A stretch of 64,000 nucleotides of DNA from Flectonema sp. DT1601 (lineage: Eukaryota): assembly GCA_964019425.1 (NCBI GenBank), contig OZ025785.1, positions 744,001-808,000 of the forward strand, read 5' to 3'. The position numbers and the translations under genes are program-made. Every line of letters starts with the position of its first letter. The stretch's first letter is position 1. Of the stretch, positions 24,701-35,067 are shown piece after piece. Below the pieces are notes generated by a model. It did no database searches. It was not told where the DNA came from and worked only from the letters and a program-made list of their open reading frames with translations.

Positions 24701-25882
24701 ACATCACAGTGTGCCAAATCCCGTCATTGAGTGACTCAGAGCTGAACATATCGTGAGTGTGTCCACCACCTGTGTTTTGTTTATTGATAAGTAAAAGTAT
24801 TTTATAAATATTACGACAAAACAATTAATTTGATGATGTGTTCAGAACTGAGAACATAATAACAACATACCAGTCGTAGAGAATCCAAGCCTTCCGTTAT
24901 CTCCCCTGACGTAGATATTAAAAAATACTGAACGATCAAAGTCAATAAGCGCCCAGTTAGAGTTTGCTGCCTGCCCTCCATATGTCGTACGGAATGCTAT
25001 CACCACGGTGAGCTCCATAATATGATGGGAAGATTTAAAAAATAAGTCTTTCACGGGAAGCCAATCATTATTACCGTCGAAGTTAAAGTGAGCAGGGTTT
25101 TCAAGCGACGCTGACACGAATGTAGGTGCTGAAGAGTCGAGCTTTTGTGGATGGTGTGATAGGTAGGCAAAATGATTATTGCCACTTCGATCCATCCAAA
25201 TATCACCACTGATATATGAGCTGGCATCCAAATATAATAACAATCCATCGTGAGTACTACACTGACATTCTGCCTTCGGAGAAGCTGCCGTTAACCCAAA
25301 TGTTTCCGGAGTGCACAGTACCTCAGAATTGTAACCCGGATCCATGTGTACCCATTCTGAAGCGAATCCTATTTTTGATTAGTTCTGTATAGCATGCGTG
25401 AATGAAATAATTCAGCCAAACTTATATAATGATCTTTATAAATACATACCAAGTCTCACCTTCGTCGCACATGAACAAACTTCACCAATGCTGCCACAGT
25501 ATCCGTAGACGATGTCGTCAACACGTTTTATGAAAGCGGTGTTACCCTGAGTAGTTATCATATCATTGAATGAGATTCTGGAGTAGAACCGACAAACAGG
25601 AACTGAAAGTGATTCATCTGATATGTAATCATACTGAGAATATTCCAATCCAGCACAATCAAGATCTCTGTGACAGATGTCTTGACAATCAGTTGCTTCT
25701 ATTCCTTTTATTTCTGTTTGACCTCCATAACCAGTTTTTGGTGATAACCTCAGCAATCTCTTTCTACCTAACGCTGTTGTGTAAATCAATTCAAACTCTG
25801 AAGACCCCTCGTCATAACAAAGAGAACTCTCACTTAATCTCAAAGATATCAACAAGAGAAGTAACAGTAGTCCATTCATCAT
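18725..25882 (-). CDS. Large mosaic type I receptor/adhesin (2129 aa, 8 exons): signal peptide, PAN/apple, LamG-like, C-type lectin, EGF repeats, two vWD domains, TM, acidic tail
   Basis: Exons 25882-25450, 25368-24871, 24769-23888, 23772-23269, 23156-21066, 20950-19760, 19694-19055, 18875-18725 join in frame over seven GT-AG introns (6390 nt). Motifs WIGLSD/WRNGEPND/WND (lectin), CIAWGDTHY and CAVWGDPHY (vWD), repeated CSGHGxC (EGF). Confidence 0.88.
18905..19000 (+). repeat. Dispersed repeat family B, partial copy inside intron 7 of the mosaic gene
   Basis: gaagaaactattcagattgaaagccg and gtgcgacaga shared with 41055-41258 and with the reverse complement of 58866-58989. Confidence 0.75.
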
Positions 25883-26156
25883 CTCTCTGTGATTATCCTC
25901 TGTTGATTTTGAAAAAAAAAAATAGTTTAATAACGCTAACTTTGAACAAAAGGCACAACAACGCCATCCAAAGAGATGTTAGAACATCATAAGCAGCAGT
26001 AGAGTACCTGGTTGAAGAAAAAAATATGGCGACGTATTTTCACAAAACATAAATTTATTCAAATTCGATGACCTTAAAAGAATAATCTACAAAAGAAAGG
26101 ATAAATACAGGAACAGTATGCACAGCATCAAAGGGGAAAACAACTTTTTAGAACGG

Positions 26157-26205
<49 letters not shown>

Positions 26206-26219
26206 GTTTCGTAATCTCA

Positions 26220-27620
26220 CTAGCGATGCGGATTCCAAGATCCGATATCAGTCTTTCGATATGATAAAAGGGCTTCTTTATCTTCACCTTCCAATGGAAC
26301 GTATTCAATATGTTGGGCTCCTAATGAACATCTCGTTGACTGAATAGGCTGTGACGACGTTATTAACGGGGAACTACAACCAGCCTTCTCCATCATTTCT
26401 CGTAGTTCGAGCGCTGAAAGGTCAGACATGTAATTTATTGATTTACAATATGAAGGTACGACTGACGGTCCTATTCCAGATATTAAAACAACATGTGATT
26501 TAGTAACACCAGCTTGAACTGGATAAACGACTCCTCCATTGATATCAAATAAAATTGTTAGTTTTGTCATTGGAGGTAGTTCAGATATTATTGAAGTTAT
26601 TTCTTGAGATGTGATCTCACCAGTTGTGGTGTAGTCACACGGAAGAATACCTCCTGACTGTGATGTAGCACCACTATAACCAAAGAAGAATGAATCACCA
26701 GGTGATGCTCCTTGAACTAACCATTGCAATGATTTTACAATGTTCTGTCGGGTTGACGCCGCCCGTTCATTCTTTTCTGAGAGTAATACTTTCTCTCCTG
26801 TGAATCCAGAAGCACACAACAAGTCAGATATCATGTGTACATTTTGATTACTATCTTTCATTGTTGATGGACCAGAGTAAGTACACGCTGCTAATACAAC
26901 TCTCCTGGCACTTACAACTTTCGGTCTCTTATCTACCAAGTTACTAGACTGTTGTTGCACTGCGACATTCCCACCAACAGTAAATACTAATTGTTGAGCT
27001 GGTTGCTGTGGAATTTCTGATTGAGAAATTCGAACTTGATTTTCAACTGCCGGGAAACTCCTATTCGGAACAGGTGATAAACTTTGTCTTGATAAGACTT
27101 CTGTTAAAGTCTGCAAGGTATCCCCTCTAATTCTACCTTCGGGATGTCTCATTAATATGTTGTAATAAATAGATCGAAGAACAGCATCAGTAGAAAATAC
27201 ATTCAACTTACAACCAGCCATTGTATGAATTACTAGTGAGCCTCTGTTTTCAATGTGGTGGAGTTCCACGATGTCGTTTATTCCAAACTCGTCAACAACA
27301 ACGTTCGAAGGAGAGTACAATTTTATCTTGTCATATATTATAGTGAATGCTCCTCCAACTATTATATCTGATTCAGGAGCACTGTATTTCACGGATATTT
27401 CATCTCGGAATTCCAAACAGCAGATTGCCATCGCTTCCTCATTGCAAAGTCCAATTCTCTTCGCATATATCTTATCCAAGTAGCTGTTTGGTTCTCCATT
27501 TGCTACAACTTCTTTCAGTAAGATGGCGTGTTCTTGTGCAGCTCGTAGAAGAGCATTATAGTCACTTTGAGATATGACTTGTTCAATACCTCCTCCTGGG
27601 GGAACGATCCCGACGCTCAT
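26220..27620 (-). CDS. PH-like domain plus catalytically dead metacaspase-like domain (466 aa)
   Basis: TRQNIVKSLQWLVQGASPGDSFFFGYSGA..GILPCDY..GEI..KLTILFDING follows the metacaspase p20 pattern, but the His of SGHG and the Cys of DxCHS are replaced. Confidence 0.8.
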   Translation of the reverse strand: MSVGIVPPGGGIEQVISQSDYNALLRAAQEHAILLKEVVANGEPNSYLDKIYAKRIGLCNEEAMAICCLEFRDEISVKYSAPESDIIVGGAFTIIYDKIKLYSPSNVVVDEFGINDIVELHHIENRGSLVIHTMAGCKLNVFSTDAVLRSIYYNILMRHPEGRIRGDTLQTLTEVLSRQSLSPVPNRSFPAVENQVRISQSEIPQQPAQQLVFTVGGNVAVQQQSSNLVDKRPKVVSARRVVLAACTYSGPSTMKDSNQNVHMISDLLCASGFTGEKVLLSEKNERAASTRQNIVKSLQWLVQGASPGDSFFFGYSGATSQSGGILPCDYTTTGEITSQEITSIISELPPMTKLTILFDINGGVVYPVQAGVTKSHVVLISGIGPSVVPSYCKSINYMSDLSALELREMMEKAGCSSPLITSSQPIQSTRCSLGAQHIEYVPLEGEDKEALLSYRKTDIGSWNPHR

Positions 27621-28069
27621 AGTTGTTGTCTGTCTTCACTGATTGAATATAATTGGTTCAGATGACTTGTTTATGAAACTGTGAACAGAGTGCAGTTCAA
27701 ACAACTCTAACTATCTCCATTTTGATTGATGTTGAAAATGATGATGATTTCTGCCACTATGATATTCTTATTCAAACAAAAACATTCTATTAACGAGGAA
27801 GACGAAACAGAACAGACGAGACGCAATCAGCAAAAAAAGATCTACAAAAAAGGGGGAAAAAATAGTATGTGAGCGGCTGATTGCCTTGTTTGTCTTCTAT
27901 TTTATTTTTTTCCCCCTATTTTTTTTTTTTTTTTAATTATTCTATTTATTTCTTTTTTATTATTGATTTCTCTTTCACTCTTCGAAATACCCCGAAGCCA
28001 GTTGGGTGTAAAGAGTATCTAATATGGGATGACTACAACAATTAATGAACATTAAGATCAAACACCCCC

Positions 28070-28891
28070 TTAGGAAGTGAGTGTAGATTGAGATCTTAAA
28101 ATATTAGCCACAGACGGAGCATCAGGATCCGCTGGAATGTACGCAGAAACTTCCGGAGCTGGTTCGAACGCCAACCCCGAAAGATTTGTTGTTACTGGCG
28201 GCGGCGGTTCGTCTTCTATTTCAGGTCCCCAGGTAGCACCAGCTGTTCCTTCAAGGAGGCGAAATATTGGAGGAAGCGATTGACTTGATGCCCAAATAGG
28301 TCGATTGTACTCATCGTAAGTGATAGCATACGGTCCTGTAGTATAAGCTGTGAGGTAGGCTGTTCGTTGTTCTTCAGACATAGCGTTGACTGTCATGTTT
28401 TGAAGTTTCTTACTCATTCTCCACAAGTAGGTTCCCCAAACAGAGAGAAAACCAGATCCCGCAGTAATTAGTGTTACGAGGAATGAAGCACCTTGTAGAA
28501 TCTTCATCCATCCATAGTTGTACAGAATATGAAATTCGATGATAAATCTCGGAAACGTTGACAAGAAGCAAACCCAAATCCCGAGTACTGTGTGAAGTTT
28601 CCAGGCTCTTCTACCTTTCAGCCTCTGTTTGTTTGGTTTATTAACTTGTTTATCCCACTGTTTTAATCTGTGATGATATTGATGTGGATAGTACAACAAA
28701 GGAGACGCAACGACAAAAAACAACAACGCTCCTCCCAATGCAAATATCATATGAGCGTTTGCTGCTGCTGGTGCCTTATCTGAAAGCTCAGCAGAGAAAC
28801 AGTACCACCAATTCATTATAGCGATGAATGAATCAGTGGCGAACCAATACATTAAAACTAAGTTCATACTGGGGGGCTTTAGGTATAACAT
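28070..28891 (-). CDS. Multi-pass membrane protein of unknown function (273 aa)
   Basis: Open frame with about four hydrophobic segments and a Pro/acidic C-terminal tail. Confidence 0.72.
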   Translation of the reverse strand: MLYLKPPSMNLVLMYWFATDSFIAIMNWWYCFSAELSDKAPAAANAHMIFALGGALLFFVVASPLLYYPHQYHHRLKQWDKQVNKPNKQRLKGRRAWKLHTVLGIWVCFLSTFPRFIIEFHILYNYGWMKILQGASFLVTLITAGSGFLSVWGTYLWRMSKKLQNMTVNAMSEEQRTAYLTAYTTGPYAITYDEYNRPIWASSQSLPPIFRLLEGTAGATWGPEIEDEPPPPVTTNLSGLAFEPAPEVSAYIPADPDAPSVANILRSQSTLTS

Positions 28892-29145
28892 TTTCGTGTT
28901 GGGATGCCCCTGACTCCCTTCCCCCTCCTAACCATAAGAATAGTAAAATAATAAACAAAAACAACAACATCATCATCATTTCTTTTTATAAAAACATTAA
29001 TTCAATCTCTACGTATCGTCATTTCTGTGAATAAAAAGAGAAGAATTATGATAAAGAGTTCATAAAGTAAATATCTCAGTATAATACAATACAAATGAAG
29101 ACGTAAAAAAAAAACTCTTCAATAATAAATAATAAAGTGACTGAC

Positions 29146-30207
29146 CTAATTATCAGTAGCTTCATCCAATGCCCTTATTACCCTATAAAACACGTCTCTT
29201 GTACCAGACCTTTGGGATCCAGAACTTGCTAGGTGTGTACGCGCTAAATCCAAAGCCGATAAACCAGTATCAGTAAGTAGCGTTGCATCCGCGCCCGCAG
29301 AGAGAAGCAGCTGCACAGCAGATGCAGATAAGGAGAAGGCTGCAGCGTGTAATGCCGTCCACAACTTATCTGTTTGATGATTAATATTACAACGAGAGGC
29401 TAAGTCTGGAAGTAGATTGTTGATATTACTATCGCCTCTCGCAGCCGCAAAGTGTAAACAGGTCTTCTGAAATTGATCTGCGACGTCTCTTGATGCTCCC
29501 AACTGGAGTAACTTAACAATAACAGGAGCTGATCCTCGTTCACAAGCAAGAGTAAGAGGGGACTTACCATCAGGTCCACGGAGGTTAATAACGTCTCTAT
29601 TACAGATTTGAGGTATTAATTCAGAGTTGAATCCTGGATTTGATGCTGCGTAATGTAAAGCACAGCTACCTTCCGAATCAACATCAGTAACACAAGCACC
29701 ACCTTGAAGAGCTGTTTTAAACATATCACGACACTCATTGAGATCCTTCCAGTGACCGATTGCGAATAATATTAATATTCTTCTTGGGAGTTTGAATGGT
29801 TCAGCTGTTTTGGTGAGAAGTCGGAGTTTGCTGGATTGAGCTTTTGCGACAGCGTTTTGTATTATTAGTTTGCAAGCCAGTGCGCTGTTCTCTCGTTCTC
29901 CTTCAACTGCTTTAAAGGGAAAATCAATTTCTGGTCTGTCGAACATTACCTCAGCAACGATTTCTGGCCACAACATTCTTCCGTCTCGTTGTCCGAGTGT
30001 AATAAGAGTTGATTGAGTGACTTCCCTTTTATCAACTTTACATCGTAGTGTGTGAACAGGTCCTCTCAGAATACCAGTACCACCTTGGTCTTCACCACAC
30101 CTGAAACAGCAAGCCGCACAATGGTGAGCTCGCGGCTTTATTCCACTTCCAACTTGACTCCATTCTTTCATGCTACAGTACGGTCGAGTGTGATTCCATG
30201 ATTCCAT
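29146..30207 (-). CDS. Ankyrin repeat protein (353 aa)
   Basis: GSCALHYAA, GKSPLTLAC, KTCLHFAA, WTALHAAA, GLSALDLA repeats. Confidence 0.9.
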   Translation of the reverse strand: MESWNHTRPYCSMKEWSQVGSGIKPRAHHCAACCFRCGEDQGGTGILRGPVHTLRCKVDKREVTQSTLITLGQRDGRMLWPEIVAEVMFDRPEIDFPFKAVEGERENSALACKLIIQNAVAKAQSSKLRLLTKTAEPFKLPRRILILFAIGHWKDLNECRDMFKTALQGGACVTDVDSEGSCALHYAASNPGFNSELIPQICNRDVINLRGPDGKSPLTLACERGSAPVIVKLLQLGASRDVADQFQKTCLHFAAARGDSNINNLLPDLASRCNINHQTDKLWTALHAAAFSLSASAVQLLLSAGADATLLTDTGLSALDLARTHLASSGSQRSGTRDVFYRVIRALDEATDN

Positions 30208-31036
30208 TGTGAGAAACTGATTTTATAAAAAAAAATAAAAATGTTATAAAAGCTCACAACTATTGCTGTAGTATGTGCCCTGAGAAACAAAAGAAGATTA
30301 TAAGAAAGATTCATTTTTCAGAAATAAAGAGAACTCGCCGATTAACTACTTTACAAACAATTATGAAAAAAAAAAAAAATATAAAAAGGAATGGGAACAA
30401 AGCTAAGAAAAAAAAAAAAGAAATAAAGAAACAAAAACAACTGCAAAAATTCCTCTTTGAACTCGTAAAAAAAAGGATAAAAACAGCAAGGAATACATTT
30501 TTCTACATTTTACGTTTTTTCATTAGTTCACACTCTGAAAATAACAGGCAACCAAAAATTTGAGATATCTGCCGAAGGTAGTGGTCGGCAATGGCAAGAC
30601 TCTATTGTTTATTTCAACATAAACTAAAATACAATAACAAAAAAATAATTGAATACTAGAAAACACACACGGTGTGTTTTCTTTACCTTCCTGATCTTGA
30701 AATGTACCACGAGTTCCAATTATAAATAATTCAGAGACACGAGTAAGATACAATCAGAATAGTCACATCATTTAATACAATATTGGTTTTACCAGCTGTT
30801 CCTGGTGGATGTTCTATTCAGTTCCTAGTGATACTTCAATACTTTTATTTAATTTCTTTCAGTTTTCTTTATTTTTTAAAAAGAAAAAAAAAAAATCTAG
30901 ACTTTTCGGGGATTTGGGAGTGGGGAGTACAGAACAATAATTTCCGAAAAATATCAGATCTTTGAAGAAGCTCCCTAACGAGTCAGGAATCAACTTCTAT
31001 ATATCAAACAGCCAGCAGGTGTTTACTTAACTGATG

Positions 31037-31084
31037 CAAAGCAACGATACAAAGCAAAGATACAAAGCAACGATACAAAGCAAA
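31037..31084. repeat. 13-bp minisatellite (caaagcaacgata) x3.7
   Basis: Read directly from the sequence. Confidence 0.9.
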
Positions 31085-31134
31085 CGTGCGCTAACACCTG
31101 ACTTTGAATCACTCAGAAAGGTTGTCTTTCGTCA

Positions 31135-33039
31135 TCAGACTCTCCCACCACAAGAATGACAAAAAGCTCCAAAAGCATGCGCATGACAGATGCGGCAAAC
31201 CTGAGGGGTTGGTGTGTTAACTTGTTGAGTAGTGACCTGTGGTACAGGATTTTGAAATGTCGGTGTATGCTGTTGCTGAGAAACAGGTAACGGTGTAGTT
31301 GCAATATGATACATTTGAGGTGACACATTATGTGCACCACTCGGACTTTGTGTTGGATAAGAGTGCAATCCACTCGAATGCATTACTACTGGTTGAGGCT
31401 CTCGGAAATTAGGAGTCGGTGATCCTGCAGCAAAAACATTACCACCACCAGTGTTATTGTCATGGTGAGTATTATTATTTTGAAGGTGACTATTCGTATT
31501 AAATGATTGGGGTGCCGTCTCAACGTAGGCATTTGCTGGGTTTTGAGGATGCCCATGCCATTGTTGCTGATACTGATGTTGGTGTTGTTGTTGTTGCTGC
31601 TGCTGTTGTTGTGGTGGCTCATATCCCCCGAATGTTATTGCACCAGTTGGAGGATGAGTAGGTTGTGGTTGAGGTTGAGATTGAATCCTAAAAGTTGGTC
31701 TACTCGGACTTCCCTCAAAGCTACCAGAGTCACTACCAGTAGCATTATGATTAACTTCGACACTAGAGTCCATTGTTGTTAATAAACTCCACAACAGGTC
31801 TTCTGTTTTCGATTGTCTGTTTACTAAATTTTGAACCGCCTCCATCATCACTCCAAAGTCTTCCTCTTCATCATCGTCTTGTTGTCTGACGACTACCAGT
31901 TCATTTTTAGGTTTGCGTTTTTGTTGGTGTTGTTGAGGTTTTTGGAAGGAACGTATCTCCTGATGAGTTCCAACATTCTGATGACTACTAACAGAACTCG
32001 CACTAGTGTGTGACATCGGGAGGTGTTGTGGAGTAGATTCCGGAGTAGGTTGCTTTTTAGGAGTTTCGACTGTTTTCATTTCTTTGATCCTCGTCGAGAC
32101 GATTGGAGGTCTATCTCTAACTGGAGGTTGGTCGCTGACCTTTGAGAGGAGAGGTTCGAGTGATGTAACCGGAGGGAGCTCTTTTTCTTCAACAATCATG
32201 TGAGACTCTTCAGAAGGCTGATCACGAAAACTGTGAGATTCAGAAGCTCCGATTGGAATAGCTTCTGGAGATCCTGCTTGAGGAGTTGGAGCATCTACAG
32301 CAAACTTTAAAATAACATGAGTTCCATAACTATGCGTAACCATGAAGTGAGCTTCTTCAATACTATTGACTGGTCTTCCATCGATGTGTGATAATATTCT
32401 ACCTAAAAACTGTTTAACACTTTCATTATCACATGGACTATTAGGAATACTTCTTATGAATGACATGTGATCTGAAAGGCTGAGTCCTATTGACCCCTCT
32501 TCGTCCTTCCTGACGAGTACTTCATCTGACATTGGATCAGGTTGAGGAAGACTCGATAGTATTCTCGACTTCACTGCAGTCAGCGGCTCTGTCTTTCCAA
32601 TTTGCTTTCGTTCAATTGTCATTTGAGGAACTGCTGCAGCAGGCAAACCTTTACCTTGAAAATACCGAGCACGTAAATTACTTATTACTAATAATATCTG
32701 CATTGGGTTACTCCCTTTAATCCCTTCAGTTGTTCTCCATTTAACGACATTATTTGAAAACATCGTTAAAACTATTATTAGTTCAGCTCCGTATTGTCCA
32801 TATATCGCTTCTTTAATATCCTTGTATGGTATCGCCTTTGATACTTTTACCTTATTCGTTGATATAAATAACATGTGTGAAGTGCATACTGCTGTTTGTG
32901 ATTTCCATTTTCCCCCACTCGTGAATCGTTTAATTGCTCCAACATAGTAGACGGCAACGTTTGGATATTCTTGTGATGCGAGCGACTGAATTCTATCCTT
33001 CCCTTTAAGGGGTTCTAGCACGGGCTGTGCTTGCGTCAT
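31135..33039 (-). CDS. PH-like plus PDZ-domain protein with Q/P-rich linker and C-terminal zinc ribbon (634 aa)
   Basis: EVLVRK..GSIGLSL..SPC..GRILSHIDGRPV..HVILKF (PDZ-like); terminal CRIC..FCHSCG. Confidence 0.8.
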   Translation of the reverse strand: MTQAQPVLEPLKGKDRIQSLASQEYPNVAVYYVGAIKRFTSGGKWKSQTAVCTSHMLFISTNKVKVSKAIPYKDIKEAIYGQYGAELIIVLTMFSNNVVKWRTTEGIKGSNPMQILLVISNLRARYFQGKGLPAAAVPQMTIERKQIGKTEPLTAVKSRILSSLPQPDPMSDEVLVRKDEEGSIGLSLSDHMSFIRSIPNSPCDNESVKQFLGRILSHIDGRPVNSIEEAHFMVTHSYGTHVILKFAVDAPTPQAGSPEAIPIGASESHSFRDQPSEESHMIVEEKELPPVTSLEPLLSKVSDQPPVRDRPPIVSTRIKEMKTVETPKKQPTPESTPQHLPMSHTSASSVSSHQNVGTHQEIRSFQKPQQHQQKRKPKNELVVVRQQDDDEEEDFGVMMEAVQNLVNRQSKTEDLLWSLLTTMDSSVEVNHNATGSDSGSFEGSPSRPTFRIQSQPQPQPTHPPTGAITFGGYEPPQQQQQQQQQHQHQYQQQWHGHPQNPANAYVETAPQSFNTNSHLQNNNTHHDNNTGGGNVFAAGSPTPNFREPQPVVMHSSGLHSYPTQSPSGAHNVSPQMYHIATTPLPVSQQQHTPTFQNPVPQVTTQQVNTPTPQVCRICHAHAFGAFCHSCGGRV

Positions 33040-33274
33040 TTCTTGTTGCTAAACAACTGCAAAAAAAAATATGCAATAAACACAATGAACGTAATAATTG
33101 TTTTGATTTTTTTTTTTTTTTTTTTTTTTTTTCTTTTTTGTAAAATACCTACCACGAACCGTAGTAATAGTTAGTTAGTATCATTAATTTTAGAACAGAA
33201 AAGTGAGAATAAGAAAAGTAGAGATCAATAAAAGAAAAGTATTCATTTCTGCAGTTTCCTAACATCAAAGGGTA

Positions 33275-33361
33275 ATAGAATATGTAGTTTCAGGCCTTAA
33301 TCTTATACTACTTGTCCCTTTTTAGGCCTTCATCAGTAAGTTCTAAGGGACTTCATTCTAT
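33275..33361 (-). ncRNA. Hammerhead ribozyme candidate with non-standard strand order
   Basis: Minus strand: AUAGAAUG-AA-GUCCCUU-AGAA-CUUA-CUGAUGA-AGGCCU-AAA-AAGGGAC-AA-GUAGU-A-UAAG-AUUA-AGGCCU-GAA-ACUAC-A-UAUUCUAU. All core nucleotides and stems I, II and III can be assigned. Confidence 0.7.
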
Positions 33362-33440
33362 GTTGAAGTTGCTATCGTTCAAAGATAAAAATCCATCGGA
33401 GCTCGCCAGGATAGGGCTAGCAATGTTTATTTGCTTTTGC

Positions 33441-35050
33441 TCAATTTGAATTTTTGACGTCTGGTCGTTTCACTATTACAGTCGAGTTAATGGATGAGTC
33501 GTCATCCAATTTCCGTTTTATTTTATCTTCGCATATCATCAAAGGTCCTATATTCGCAGGTGTCATTGTAACATCCATATCAGTCTGAGCTTTTAATGGT
33601 ATCATATGGAAACTATACTCTGTAGTTCGGTACATCTTGTCAAAATGATCGAAAGGGAGTCTTAAATCTTTTGTGCCTTTAAGAATGTCTCGGATGATCA
33701 TGGACTCAAATGAGACTAGCGCAACAATAAAGTGAGTCATCCTTGTTTTCGCTTTATGTAGAATAAGTGCTGCGGCTGCTTCAGGATAATCGAAATCTGC
33801 TGGGTTAACGAAGTACTCGATTCTCCTGTTGAATTTAGTCATGCAAGCCATGTTAAGTACTTGTAGCGAGAACCAACCATCTGGTGATGGTTTATGCTCT
33901 GAGTTGTTCGGTTCTACTTTAAGAGATTCTTCATAAAATCGCTGTTGGTAGTTTTGCAGAAAACTGAAGTTAATTCTATCGATATATAAATGATCTGCAA
34001 TGAAGTTGAGCGTTGCCCATCCGCATTCTCCACCGAGAAGACCTTCTCCTGATGTTTGATGTAGGGATGGTGGAAATCGTTTATCCAAGGAATGGCTTGT
34101 AGAGCCTGTGTGGTTAATTGTATCCTTTTCGATGCTTAATGGGACTTTGTGACTAAACTTCTCAAAAGTAAGGTTGAGACGTCGACGCATTGCAGCTGCT
34201 GTATTACCATCATCAATGTGAGAGCTAATGAAGCGGAGGCATGCTGCTCTGATATTGTCAGATTTATAGCCCCGGTTGAGTAATCTATAAGTTACCGCTT
34301 CAAGTTCCTGTAAAAAGTCTGCCTGGTTGTTGCAGATTTTTAGAGCTCGTAAGATCATGGTGGTAAAGATACCTGAACCCATTGATTCTTGAGCTGCGGA
34401 ATGCTGATGGGTAAACCTTGTTGGCGTAATATGCCAACCCCTGGCTTTGTCATTAACACTTAAACGAATCCATCGTTTATTTGTGTTAGTGATCTCTATT
34501 CGGATACGAATTCCTATATAAGAGACATCATCAATGTTATTCGAAGTATCAGTGTAATCCATTGAATATAGACTTGCTGGTGGAGGGTCGCAACTCCAGG
34601 TGAGGAAGTCGTCGATGTATCTACACGAGTGGTCATGTTGCCGAGCTAAGTCTAGATTTTTTGTTTCAATTAAAGAATCGATATATGCGGATTCAACTCT
34701 ATAGCAGTAGAGATTTGTTATATCGCTACTGGCGTTGCCACCCATTGGAATGCCTATTGTTTGTCTCCAAATATAACCTCTTAATGCAATAAAGGAGGAG
34801 TCAATACAGAATTCAAGTAATTTTTGACATTCTGCAAGCGCAAGAGAAGGGAATCGTGTAGGGTCACTCGATTCAAGACGTAAGATATTTTTGAAACTAA
34901 AGGCTTCTTGCAGTGCTTCACTTACTTTAGTTTTAATAGCGTTGTGTGGTAGGCGGGTGTACATTGTTGTAAAATCAAAAGTCTTAGGGGATAATTTTTT
35001 CAAAACCATCAAATTCTGTTTAATCGAACTAGAGACTTCATCATCTGATT
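33441..35050 (-). CDS. PLE reverse transcriptase (N-truncated) with thumb domain and C-terminal Josephin-like cysteine protease domain
   Basis: FDFTTMYTRLPH, RQTIGIPMGGNAS, RYIDD, thumb LRALKICN..DF..LLNRGY; then ECGWATLN, DGWFSLQVLNMA, THFIV, IRD. The ORF-track start codon lies in the flanking duplication and is not a real start. Confidence 0.85.
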
Positions 35051-35067
35051 CCACGAACCGTAGTAAT

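Larger units (their letters stand above)
33180..35050 (-). mobile_element. 5'-truncated Penelope-like retroelement (Naiad/Chlamys-type RT) bounded by a 28-bp direct repeat
   Basis: ccacgaaccgtagtaatagttagttagt at 33152-33179 and 35051-35078; contains the RT ORF and a ~260-nt 3' UTR. Confidence 0.88.
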
